Origin: Desulfurellaceae bacterium
Lineage (GTDB): Bacteria > Desulfobacterota > Binatia > Bin18
DNA length: 64,000 nucleotides
Assembly: GCA_021296095.1 (NCBI GenBank)
Contig: JAGWBB010000005.1
Coordinates: 2,937 to 66,936, forward strand
Reading direction: 5' to 3'
The notes under the pieces were generated by a model. That model saw nothing but the letters and a program-made list of their open reading frames with translations. It did no database searches and had not been told where the DNA came from. How positions within the stretch are numbered: the stretch's first letter is position 1; every line of letters begins with the position of its first letter. The position numbers were made by a program, and so were the translations under genes. Shown piece after piece: positions 43,003-51,734 of the stretch.

Positions 43003-44379
43003 ATGGCGCGCATCCGCAACGCTGACCGTCGTCAACACCGGGCTGTGGCCGGGCCCGAGCGCGCCGTGCTGGTCGGTGTTGAAGCGGGGACGAGCGCGCC
43101 CGGCGGCACCCTTCGACTCGACGAGTCCTTGGACGAACTGACCCGGTTGAGTCATACGGCCGGCCTGGAGGTGGCCGGTCAGGTGCGCCAGGTGCTGCGC
43201 AACGGTGTGCAGCCGGCCTCGTATATCGGCAGCGGCAAGCTGGCCGAGGTCCAGCAGCTGAGCGTCGCCACGAACGCCACTGTCGTCATTTTTGACGACG
43301 ACCTGTCCCCGGCCCAGCAGCGTAATCTCGAAAAAATCTTGCGTCTCAAGGTTGTGGACCGCAGCCAGCTGATTCTGGATATCTTTGCCCAGCGCGCCCA
43401 GAGCCAGGCCGGGAAGTTGCAGGTCGAACTCGCCCAGCTCGAGTATCTGCGCCCACGCCTCACCCGCCAGTGGACGCACCTCTCGCGACTCGGTGGCGGG
43501 CTGGGCAGCCGGGGGCCGGGAGAAGCCCAACTCGAGGTTGACCGGCGGCGGATTCGAGAGCGCATTGCCACCCTGCGCCGGCGTCTGCGGGAGGTCGAGC
43601 GGACGCGCGGTCTCCACCGTCACGAGCGTGCCCGTGTGCCCTTTCCGTGTCTCGCCCTCGTCGGCTATACCAACGCCGGAAAATCGACCCTGATGAACGC
43701 CCTGACCCGGGCGCAGGTATTGGTCGAAGACAAACTCTTCGCCACCCTGGACCCGACCAGTCGCCGCCTCGACCTGCCCGGCGGGCAGACCGTGCTGGTG
43801 ACGGATACGGTTGGCTTTATCAACAAGCTGCCCCACCAGCTCATTGACGCGTTCACGGCCACCCTCGAAGAAGTGCGGACGGCCGACCTCCTGTTGCACG
43901 TGATTGACGCCAGCCACCCGCGCTGCCTGGAGCAAAAGACGGTCGCCGAGCGGGTGCTGGAAGAGATCGGGGTGGCCCACATCCCGACCTTGACCGTCTG
44001 GAATAAGCTGGACCGGCTGCCGGCCGAGCCCCCCGAAGACGTGGTGTGGCCCGGGTTTGGAGCGACTCAGGCGCCGACGGCCAGTGGCGTCGGAGGCGAG
44101 ACCTGCTTTGGCATCTCGGCCCTGAGGGGAGCCGGTACTGCGGCGCTGCTCGGGGCTATCGCGCGCCGTCTGGAACGGAAGCGGCGCGTGCTGCGGCTGG
44201 AGCTGCCCCTGGACGCTGGACAGCTCCTGGATTTTCTGCACACAAATGGCACGGTGGTGGAACAAACGTATACGAACACGAGCGTCCGGCTGACCGTCCG
44301 GGTGTCGGCCAAGGTGGCCGGACAGCTCCGCAAGAGGCTGGCCGCAACCGGGCTGGCCGGACAGAAGCTGAACGCGTGA
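43003..44379 (+). CDS. hflX: GTPase HflX
   Basis: 458 aa. HflX N-domain ([20 protein letters not shown]) and G-domain ([21 protein letters not shown]). Confidence 0.9.
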   Translation: MARIRNADRRQHRAVAGPERAVLVGVEAGTSAPGGTLRLDESLDELTRLSHTAGLEVAGQVRQVLRNGVQPASYIGSGKLAEVQQLSVATNATVVIFDDDLSPAQQRNLEKILRLKVVDRSQLILDIFAQRAQSQAGKLQVELAQLEYLRPRLTRQWTHLSRLGGGLGSRGPGEAQLEVDRRRIRERIATLRRRLREVERTRGLHRHERARVPFPCLALVGYTNAGKSTLMNALTRAQVLVEDKLFATLDPTSRRLDLPGGQTVLVTDTVGFINKLPHQLIDAFTATLEEVRTADLLLHVIDASHPRCLEQKTVAERVLEEIGVAHIPTLTVWNKLDRLPAEPPEDVVWPGFGATQAPTASGVGGETCFGISALRGAGTAALLGAIARRLERKRRVLRLELPLDAGQLLDFLHTNGTVVEQTYTNTSVRLTVRVSAKVAGQLRKRLAATGLAGQKLNA

Positions 44380-44969
44380 ATACAAGCTCGTCCTTCTCCA
44401 TAGAGCTGCGCCACCCTCGGGTCTTGCCCAATCTGATCACCGCCCTGCGTGTCCTGGCCATTCCCGTGCTGCTGTTTTTGCTGATCCGCGAGCGCTACGC
44501 GGCCGCGCTGAGCACCTTTGTCTTTGCCGGCCTGACCGACTGGCTGGACGGACAAGTCGCGCGCTATGTGGGTAGTGACGCTGAAGAATTCGGCAAGCGC
44601 TTTGACGCCCTGGCCGATAAAGCCCTGGCCGGCAGCAGCCTGGTCATGCTCACGCTGGTCGGCGGCGTACCGATGTGGCTGACCTGTCTGGTGGTGGGCC
44701 GGGATGTGGCCCTGGTCGGCGGCTTTGGCCTCATCTTTCTGTGGACGGGCCGAACGATTCGCACCAAGCCGAGCCGGGTTGGCAAGTGGGGGACGTTTTT
44801 CGTGCTGGTGACGGTCAGCATGGCGCTGGTTGAACTGTTGTCGCCGCACTGGCTGCCTGGCCTGCTGGTCTGGACGGTCTGGGGGCTGGCCGGAGGGGCG
44901 ACTGTTGTCTCGGGCGTGCAGTACGGCTGGCGGACTGTCGCCTGGCTGTGGGGCCGGGAGGAGGACTGA
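44376..44969 (+). CDS. pgsA: CDP-alcohol phosphatidyltransferase (PgsA-like)
   Basis: GTG at 44376 overlaps the hflX stop (GTGA). Motif DWLDGQVAR...[10 protein letters not shown] equals D(x)2DG(x)2AR...G(x)3D(x)3D. Multiple TM helices. Confidence 0.8.
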   Translation: MNTSSSFSIELRHPRVLPNLITALRVLAIPVLLFLLIRERYAAALSTFVFAGLTDWLDGQVARYVGSDAEEFGKRFDALADKALAGSSLVMLTLVGGVPMWLTCLVVGRDVALVGGFGLIFLWTGRTIRTKPSRVGKWGTFFVLVTVSMALVELLSPHWLPGLLVWTVWGLAGGATVVSGVQYGWRTVAWLWGREED

Positions 44970-44970
44970 G

Positions 44971-45087
44971 ATGGGTTGCGGCGCCTCCACGGCTGCGCAT
45001 GCTTGTACGCCAGCCTCAGGATTGCTATATGGGGGCTGCCCTACGGTCTGTAACGAGTTGGGACTGACCGGGTCGGATGAGGGATAG
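44971..45087 (+). CDS. possible 38-aa Cys/Ser/Thr-rich peptide
   Basis: ATG lies 1 nt after the pgsA stop, with GGGAGGAGGA directly upstream. Translation MGCGASTAAHACTPASGLLYGGCPTVCNELGLTGSDEG. Its stop is 9 nt before the di-iron gene. Third-position GC looks lower than in neighbouring genes, so coding status is uncertain. Confidence 0.3.
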   Translation: MGCGASTAAHACTPASGLLYGGCPTVCNELGLTGSDEG

Positions 45088-45096
45088 GGGGAGATC

Positions 45097-45861
45097 GTGA
45101 TTCGGGTGTTTCCGTGTGTTGAGAATACCAAACTCATGGAACTCTTCCGCAAGGGGGTAGAGGGCCAGTGGTCGGCGTCGGTGATCGACTGGGACCAGCC
45201 GCTGGGCCTCGACAAGGCTGAGCAGCGCGCTTTCGCCCACGTGTTGACCCCCGTCTACCTGGGCGAGCAGACGGCGATGGTCGGAGCGAGTTCGGTCATC
45301 CCGCAATTCTTCGCCACCCATCAAACCGAGGCTCAGCTCTATCTTTCGACTTTTCTGCTTGACGAAGCGCGCCACTTCGAGACGATCACCCGTTTTTACA
45401 ACAAGATGGGCCTCCGTCCGCTGGAGGTTCGCGATCTGAAAGTCATGTTTCGCTATCAGGCCCGGCTGTTTCAGTCGCGTGACAAGGTTGAGTGGCTGTG
45501 GGGCATTTTATTGAGCGATATCCTGGCCCGTCATTTTTACAGCATTCTGGTCAAAGCCCATCCGACCTCCTTGTTCGCCGAGTTTGCCAGGCGCATTATC
45601 ATTGACGAAGCCCGCCACCTGGCCTTTGCCGAGCTGTACCTGGGCGAGGAACTCAAGCGCAAACCCGAGCTCAAGTCCGACTTTCTCAAGATGCGGGATG
45701 AGCTGATTGGACTGATGCGGGCCATCCACGCCGGCTTGAAAGACGAGGCCGACTTTATCGGCCTTGACGAAAAGCTGCTCTTTGACGCGGTGGTCTATGA
45801 TGTGGAGAAGAAGGTCCGGCGCATGCAGCTCCACGAGCCGCCGCAGGACGAGCCGGCGTGA
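45097..45861 (+). CDS. ferritin-like di-iron carboxylate protein (AurF/desaturase-like oxygenase fold)
   Basis: 254 aa. Two DEARH motifs (FLLDEARHFE and IIIDEARHLA), each preceded by a Glu-containing helix, the E...DExRH x2 di-iron signature. GTG start after GGGGGAG. Confidence 0.7.
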   Translation: MIRVFPCVENTKLMELFRKGVEGQWSASVIDWDQPLGLDKAEQRAFAHVLTPVYLGEQTAMVGASSVIPQFFATHQTEAQLYLSTFLLDEARHFETITRFYNKMGLRPLEVRDLKVMFRYQARLFQSRDKVEWLWGILLSDILARHFYSILVKAHPTSLFAEFARRIIIDEARHLAFAELYLGEELKRKPELKSDFLKMRDELIGLMRAIHAGLKDEADFIGLDEKLLFDAVVYDVEKKVRRMQLHEPPQDEPA

Positions 45862-47150
45862 AAGCACGCCCCGCCCGCGCTCAGCCCGGCCTGCGCTGGC
45901 CACGGGCCAATCGCCCCCCCACCATTCAGTACCGACAAGACCAGTTGCGAGCCCTGGCCCACTGGGAGGCCGACCACCACCATGTGCTGAGCTGGCCGGT
46001 CCCGGAGGCTGTACTGGGCCGTTTTCAGGAGTGTCTGAGCGGCCATATGGTGCTGCCCGTCGGAGTGGTCGGTCCGCTAGCCGTAAACCTGGGCGACTAC
46101 AGGCTGGATGAGACGGGTTGCGTTCGGGAGTCGGGACGAACGGGTGAAGACGTGTTTGTTCCCCTGGCCCATACCGAGGGCGGCCTGTCCGCCTCGGTCC
46201 AGCGCGGCGTGCGCGCCGCAGGGCTGGCCGGCGGCATCCGCACCCATGTGTTGGCTGATCGCATGACCCGAGACTCGTGTTTTGTCTTTGGCTCGACCCG
46301 GGAGGCGCTGCGCCTGGCCGACTGGCTGGCCGGCCGGCAAACGGAGATGGCCGACTGGCTGCGGCAGGCTCGGCACGCCCCGCCCGCCGCCGCCCTTCCG
46401 CCTGTCAGCTCGCACGCCGTCCTGCGCGGGCTGGAGACGCATGTGGTCGGGCCCATGTGTCACGTGCTGTATCGGTTTACAACCGGTGACGCCTGCGGCC
46501 CGAACATGATGACGCGCAACGCCTACGCCCTGAATCAGGGCTTTATCCGCGAGCGTTTTGCGCGCCAGACCGGTCTCGAACCGCTGCACGTCTTTGTCGA
46601 AACGAATATGGGTGGCGATAAGAAGCCCAGCCACGCCTTTTTCCAGTTCCCCGGCCACGGCAAGCTGGTCATGGCCGAGGCCACGCTGCCCGAGGCTGTG
46701 TTGCGGCGGGTCTTGCGCGTGCGGGCCGACGACGTGCTGGCCCTGGAACACGCCGGGCTGCACGGCTCGCACGCCAGCGGCATGCAGTCCTTCGCCTTCA
46801 CGCCGGCCTCGGCCGTGGCGGCCGTCTTTGCCGCCACCGGCCAGGATTTGGGTATGGTTGGCACGAGCAGCATGGCCCACGATTCGGTCTCCCGGACCGA
46901 AGACGGCATCCACATCACGATCCGTCTGTCCGGCCTGGAAGTCGGGACGGTTGGAGGCGGAACGAGTCTGCCCCACGCCCAGGCGTATCTCCGTCTGATG
47001 GACTGCTTGGGACCGGGCAAAGTCTACCGTTTTGCCCAGCTCATTGCCGCTACTGCCCTGTGCCTGGAGATTTCAGCCACCGCCAGCATGGCCTCGGCCG
47101 GCAGTCAGAACTTTGTGCAGGCCCATTCTGAGCGGGGTGGCGAAAGATGA
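45858..47150 (+). CDS. divergent HMG-CoA reductase-fold oxidoreductase
   Basis: 430 aa. HMGR catalytic-domain motifs PVGVVGPL, PLAHTEGGLSASVQRG (cf. TEGCLVAS), GDACGPNMM (cf. DAMGxNM), GGDKKPS (cf. DKKPAA), GTVGGGT, and a C-terminal His (QAHSE). GTGA overlap with the di-iron gene. Confidence 0.75.
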   Translation: MKARPARAQPGLRWPRANRPPTIQYRQDQLRALAHWEADHHHVLSWPVPEAVLGRFQECLSGHMVLPVGVVGPLAVNLGDYRLDETGCVRESGRTGEDVFVPLAHTEGGLSASVQRGVRAAGLAGGIRTHVLADRMTRDSCFVFGSTREALRLADWLAGRQTEMADWLRQARHAPPAAALPPVSSHAVLRGLETHVVGPMCHVLYRFTTGDACGPNMMTRNAYALNQGFIRERFARQTGLEPLHVFVETNMGGDKKPSHAFFQFPGHGKLVMAEATLPEAVLRRVLRVRADDVLALEHAGLHGSHASGMQSFAFTPASAVAAVFAATGQDLGMVGTSSMAHDSVSRTEDGIHITIRLSGLEVGTVGGGTSLPHAQAYLRLMDCLGPGKVYRFAQLIAATALCLEISATASMASAGSQNFVQAHSERGGER

Positions 47151-47201
47151 GCAAACCAGAGCCGCCGGGGCGGGCAAGCTTGCCGCCGGCAGTCCGGGGC
47201 A

Positions 47202-48107
47202 ATGGCAGCCATCCGGCTCATTGTTAATCCCAGCTCCGGCCGGGGGCGGGGGAGGGCGGTGGCGAAGCAGGCCGCCCAGCTGCTGGCCGGCCATGGAGTA
47301 ACCCACGAGGTCTGCTACAGCGTCTCGCCCCACGAGCCTACCCGACTGGCCCGCCAGGCGCTCGTCGACGGGGCGGCTGCGGTGGTCGGTATCGGCGGCG
47401 ACGGGTTGGTGAGTCAGGTCGCCGCCGAGTTGGTCGGAACCCGGACGCCGCTGGGCATCATTCCGGCCGGCCGGGGCAACGATTTTGCGCGGGGCTTAGG
47501 CATCCCGCTCGATATCCCGACCGCCTGCGCCACGCTCGCCGCCGGCCGGCAGCGGCGGATCGATGTCGGCCAAGCCAACGGACGCTACTTTTTCTCAATG
47601 GCGGTCATGGGCCTTGCCGCCGAGATCAATCGCCGGGCCAACGCCCTGACCCGTCTGCGGACGAATGGGGTGTATACGCTGCTCACGCTTGCCACGGTTT
47701 TCCGCTCTCAGCCCCAATTCTTCAGCCTGGAGTACGAAGGCGGTCGTCGCCGCTGCTACAGCTGGCTGATCGCGGTCGGCAATACCTGGAGCAGTGGCCG
47801 GGGGATGGCTCTGGTGCCGGCCGCCCGGCCGGACGACGGCCAGCTGGACGCGTGTGTGGTGAACGGCGTGGGCAGGCTTGAGCTGCTGTCCGTGTTCCCC
47901 CGCGTATTCAAGGGCCGGCACGTCTACCACACCGGGGTGGAGACGTTGTGTGGCCGCGCCATGACGATTCATGCCGATCAGCCCGGCGATATCTACGCCG
48001 ACGGGGAACGGATCGGCCCCCTGCCGGCCAGACTGGAGACGATTCCGCAGGCGCTGAGTGTCTTCGTGCCAGCCGCGCCTCAGCGCGGGCAGGGGGAAGG
48101 CTGCTAG
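47202..48107 (+). CDS. diacylglycerol-kinase-family lipid kinase (YegS/LCB5-like)
   Basis: 301 aa. RLIVNPSSGRGRG N-terminus and GGDGLVSQV catalytic motif. Confidence 0.85.
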   Translation: MAAIRLIVNPSSGRGRGRAVAKQAAQLLAGHGVTHEVCYSVSPHEPTRLARQALVDGAAAVVGIGGDGLVSQVAAELVGTRTPLGIIPAGRGNDFARGLGIPLDIPTACATLAAGRQRRIDVGQANGRYFFSMAVMGLAAEINRRANALTRLRTNGVYTLLTLATVFRSQPQFFSLEYEGGRRRCYSWLIAVGNTWSSGRGMALVPAARPDDGQLDACVVNGVGRLELLSVFPRVFKGRHVYHTGVETLCGRAMTIHADQPGDIYADGERIGPLPARLETIPQALSVFVPAAPQRGQGEGC

Positions 48108-48175
48108 GCTCGCCGGCATATCCCCCTTGCAGTCCGGCAGCGATGTGGTACACGGGGGCCTGAAACGAGAGAGCC

Positions 48176-48955
48176 ATGTCTTATCAGGAACAACGACTGA
48201 CGGTTCGGGGCACAAGCATTCAGCTGCTCAGCGGCGGCAGCGGCGAGCCCCTGCTGTATTTGCACAGTGCCGGCGGCGAGGTCAGCTGGCTGCCCTTTTT
48301 TGAACAGCTGGCCCGGCACTACCGCGTGTACGTTCCGGCCCACCCCGGCTTTGGCCAGTCTGAGGGCCTGGACAAGATCGACGGCATGGAAGATCTGGTG
48401 TTTCACTACACCGATCTCATGGACGAGCTTGAACTGGTCCAGCCCTACGTGGTGGGGCTGTCGCTGGGCGCCTGGCTGGCCGCCGAGCTGGCAGTCCGCT
48501 ATTCCCAGCGTGTGCGCAAACTGGCGCTGGTCAGCGCGGTCGGCCTGCGGGTGCCCGGCCATCCCATTGCCGATATTTTTGCCGCCAATCCGGCCGAAAC
48601 CCGTCGTCTGCTGTTTGCCGACCCGGACTCCAGTCTGGCCAAGACTTTTATTCCTGAAAATCCTAGCCCCGAGGTCTTGTCTGATGTCCTCAAAGCCCGG
48701 GCGGCCACCGCTCGGGTCGGCTGGAATCCTTATCTGTGCAATCCAAAGCTCCGCGAGCGTCTGTATCGGGTACAGGTGCCGACGTTGATCGTGTGGGGCG
48801 AGGCCGACCGTCTCGTCCCCCGGGCACACGGCGACGCCTATCGCGACGGTATCGCCGGCTCGCAGTTGGTGCCCATCCCCGACTGTGGTCACGCCCCGCC
48901 GTTTGAGAAGCCGCAGGAGACCACGGCCGCGCTGGTACAGTTTTTCGAGCAGTGA
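48176..48955 (+). CDS. alpha/beta hydrolase
   Basis: 259 aa. Oxyanion HS/HG region (LLYLHSAGG), nucleophile elbow GLSLGA, C-terminal DCGHAPPFEKP His. Confidence 0.85.
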   Translation: MSYQEQRLTVRGTSIQLLSGGSGEPLLYLHSAGGEVSWLPFFEQLARHYRVYVPAHPGFGQSEGLDKIDGMEDLVFHYTDLMDELELVQPYVVGLSLGAWLAAELAVRYSQRVRKLALVSAVGLRVPGHPIADIFAANPAETRRLLFADPDSSLAKTFIPENPSPEVLSDVLKARAATARVGWNPYLCNPKLRERLYRVQVPTLIVWGEADRLVPRAHGDAYRDGIAGSQLVPIPDCGHAPPFEKPQETTAALVQFFEQ

Positions 48956-48967
48956 GGGAGGACCGCC

Positions 48968-49609
48968 GTGGACTACCCCGAGCCGTTTAAGGCCGAGATG
49001 TTTGATCGGATCGACGAAACCGAGGATGAGCGCTTCTACCAGATGGCGCGCAAGGTCGTCCATATTGACGAGCCGGCGATTGCGGCGGTGGGCGATTTCA
49101 TCCAGACCGCGTTTGCGCCAAACGGCGTCTTGCTCGACCTGATGAGCAGCTGGCGTTCGCATCTGCCCCAGGGCTTTGCCAAGCAACGCCTGGTGGGCCT
49201 GGGCCTGAATATGGAGGAAATGGCCGATAACCCGGACCTGGACGACTATGTCGTGCATAACCTGAACACCGATCCCAGCCTGCCGTTTGAAGACGAGACG
49301 TTTCACGGCGCGCTGGTCACGGTTTCCATCCAGTACATGGTCAAACCGCTCGAAGTGTTCGCCGAGGTGGGGCGGGTGCTCAAACCGGGCGCGCCGTTCG
49401 CCGTCTTCTTCTCCAACCGCATGTTCCCGACCAAGGCGGTCCGTATCTGGCAAACGATCCGCGACGCGGGCAGACGCGAGCTGGTCGAGAAGTATTTTCA
49501 GCTCACCGATGGTTTTGAGGCGCCGCTGTTCTACGACCTGAGTCCCAACCCCGGCCAGTCCGATCCGCTGTACGTGGTGTGCGCCCGCACGAAATCTGCA
49601 GCCGACTGA
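48968..49609 (+). CDS. methyltransferase-fold protein with atypical motif I
   Basis: 213 aa. VLLDLMSSWRSHLP replaces the usual glycine-rich SAM motif. Later motifs FHGALVTVSIQYM and VLKPGAPF fit class I MTase topology. Confidence 0.65.
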   Translation: MDYPEPFKAEMFDRIDETEDERFYQMARKVVHIDEPAIAAVGDFIQTAFAPNGVLLDLMSSWRSHLPQGFAKQRLVGLGLNMEEMADNPDLDDYVVHNLNTDPSLPFEDETFHGALVTVSIQYMVKPLEVFAEVGRVLKPGAPFAVFFSNRMFPTKAVRIWQTIRDAGRRELVEKYFQLTDGFEAPLFYDLSPNPGQSDPLYVVCARTKSAAD

Positions 49610-49623
49610 GACCAGATCGAGCC

Positions 49624-50268
49624 ATGGCTCCTGGTACGCGCCGGGTGCGCCCGACCCTCAGCCAGGAGCGTCGGCTGTGGCAACAGGGGTTTTGGGCGGT
49701 TGCCGGGGTTGACGAGGTCGGCATCGGGCCTCTGGCCGGCCCGGTTGTGGCCGCGGCGGTGATGTTCCCCGCCCAGCAGCCCGCCTCAGATATCGACATT
49801 CCGGCCGCCTGGCCTCAAGGCGTACGGGACTCCAAGACCCTCACCGCCACAGCCCGCCAGCGCCTGGACGCTGATATTCGTCGGGTCGCCCGCGCCATCG
49901 GGCTGGGGCTGGTCGAGGTCGAGGAGATTGACCGCATCAATATCTATCAGACTGGCCTCAAAGCCATGCGGCTGGCGGTCGAGGGGCTGGACCTCGCGCC
50001 CCAGCAGGTCTTGGTTGACGGCCGTCAGGTCCCGGGGCTGGCCTGCCCCCAGACCGCTTTCATCAAGGGCGACCGTGACATTTTCAGCATTGCCGCCGCC
50101 TCGATTATCGCCAAGGTCCACCGCGACCGGCTGATGATTGAGCTTGACGCCCGCTATCCGCACTACGGTTTCGCCCGGCATAAGGGCTATGCCACGGCCG
50201 CCCACCGAGCCGCCCTGCGCGAGTTCGGCCCGTGTCCGGTCCACCGCCGGTCGTTTCGTCTGGTGTGA
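49624..50268 (+). CDS. rnhB: ribonuclease HII
   Basis: AGVDEVGIGPLAGPVVAAAV (DEVG catalytic motif), DSKTLT, ASIIAKV. Start at the ATG at 49624, downstream of the previous stop. Confidence 0.9.
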   Translation: MAPGTRRVRPTLSQERRLWQQGFWAVAGVDEVGIGPLAGPVVAAAVMFPAQQPASDIDIPAAWPQGVRDSKTLTATARQRLDADIRRVARAIGLGLVEVEEIDRINIYQTGLKAMRLAVEGLDLAPQQVLVDGRQVPGLACPQTAFIKGDRDIFSIAAASIIAKVHRDRLMIELDARYPHYGFARHKGYATAAHRAALREFGPCPVHRRSFRLV

Positions 50269-50398
50269 CCTACCCTTCACCCGGTGTCTGAAGAGCGATA
50301 TACTGCGTGCGGGAAGGCGCCGACGCTGGAAAGGCGGATAATGCTCTCTTCTTGCCCAGGGGGTCATCATCGCCCAGCGTGCTGGAGAGGAGGAGTGC

Positions 50399-51719
50399 AT
50401 GGCCATCGACGTGTGTATGCCCCGTCTCAGTGATACCATGGAGGAGGGCCGGATTCTCAAGTGGCTCAAGCAGCCTGGGGACCGGATTGAGATCGGCGAC
50501 ATCATCGCCGAGGTCGAAACCGACAAGGCCGATATGGAGATGGAAGCCCTCGACGAGGGCGTCCTGATCGAGATTCTCGTTCCCGAGGGCGGGATGGTCC
50601 CGGTCGGTGGGGTAATGGCCCGCCTCGGTGCTGCCGACGAAATCGTCGCCGCCGACAGCGCCGCACCGGAACCGCCCGCAGAAAACGGGATCGCCGAAAC
50701 GCCGTCCCCGGAACCGCGCGCCCGCCCGCCCCCCCAAGGTCCGTGAGCTGCGGGAGATCCGTGCCCAGCGTGAACCGACACCGGCCGAAGAGACCGGACG
50801 GCTGCTCGCCTCGCCGGTGGTCAGACGCATGGCCCAGGAACTGAGTCTCGATCTCAGTCAGGTGCCGGGCAGCGGCCCGGGCGGCCGGATTGTCAAGCGC
50901 GATCTCGAAGCCTATACCGCAGCCCAGGCTCCGCTTGATGCCACAGCCAAGTCCCGAACAGAACTCCAAGCCGAGTCCCAAGCAGAACCCCAAATTGAGC
51001 CCCAGGCTGCGGCGCGGGCTTCTGCCGGCCCGGCAACGGCCACCAGAGAGCCATTTTCACGTATGCGGGCGACCATCGCCAAGCGTATGTCGGAGAGCAT
51101 GCGCGAAGCGCCCCATTTTTACCTCACGGCCGAGATCAATATGTCCGAGGCGGTCCGGTTACGCACCGCGCTCAAGGCCAGCAACCGGGTGACCGAGGAT
51201 GTGACCTACACCCATCTGCTGATGAAGGCGGTTGCCGTCGCCCTGGCTCGCCATCCGCGTCTCAACGCCAGTTTTGGCGGCGATGCCCGCGAGTATCAGG
51301 AGCACATCAATATCGGTCTGGCCGTCTCGCTCGACGACGGTTTGATCGTGCCGGTCTTGCACGACTGCGACAGCCTGTCGCTGCTCGAGATTGCGGCCCA
51401 GGCCACGGCGCTGGTCGAGCGCGCCCGCAGCGGCAAGCCCCGAGCCGAGGATTTGAGCGGCGGGACGTTTACGATTTCCAACCTCGGCATGCTGCCGATT
51501 GAACATTTTACGGCCATCATCAACCAGCCCCAGGCGGCCATCCTGGCCGTTGGGGCGATTAAGGAGCGGCCGGTGGTGCGGGACGGTCAGGTCACGATTG
51601 CGTCGATCATGATGGTGACCCTGTCGTGCGACCACCGCATCCTTGACGGCATGACTGGCGGACAGTTTTTGCAAGAGCTGAAGAGCCTGCTGGAAAATCC
51701 GGTGGGCCTGATGGTGTAG
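50399..51719 (+). pseudogene. dihydrolipoamide acyltransferase (2-oxo acid dehydrogenase E2) split by a +1 frameshift
   Basis: Lipoyl domain ([13 protein letters not shown]) in the 50399-50746 frame. Peripheral-subunit-binding domain (ASPVVRRMAQELSLDLSQVPGSGPGGRIVKRD) and catalytic domain (DHRILDG) in the 50628-51719 frame. The frames meet at a C7 run (50729-50735). Confidence 0.8.
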
Positions 51720-51734
51720 AGAAAGAGAGATGAC

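Noticed and set aside
44971-44990. MGCGAS N-terminus resembling a eukaryotic N-myristoylation/palmitoylation signal.
   Set aside because: The context is bacterial and no N-myristoyltransferase is expected, so the resemblance is most likely coincidental.
45858-47150. Calling the gene hmgA/mvaA and inferring a mevalonate pathway.
   Set aside because: The fold motifs are present, but the sequence is strongly diverged. No other mevalonate genes are in the window, so a functional HMG-CoA reductase call would be over-interpretation.
50628-51719. Treating 50628-51719 as an independent gene separate from 50399-50746.
   Set aside because: The first 35 codons of this ORF overlap the linker of the lipoyl-domain ORF in another frame. 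The two parts together make exactly one canonical E2 domain series, so a frameshift in the C7 run is the simpler explanation.
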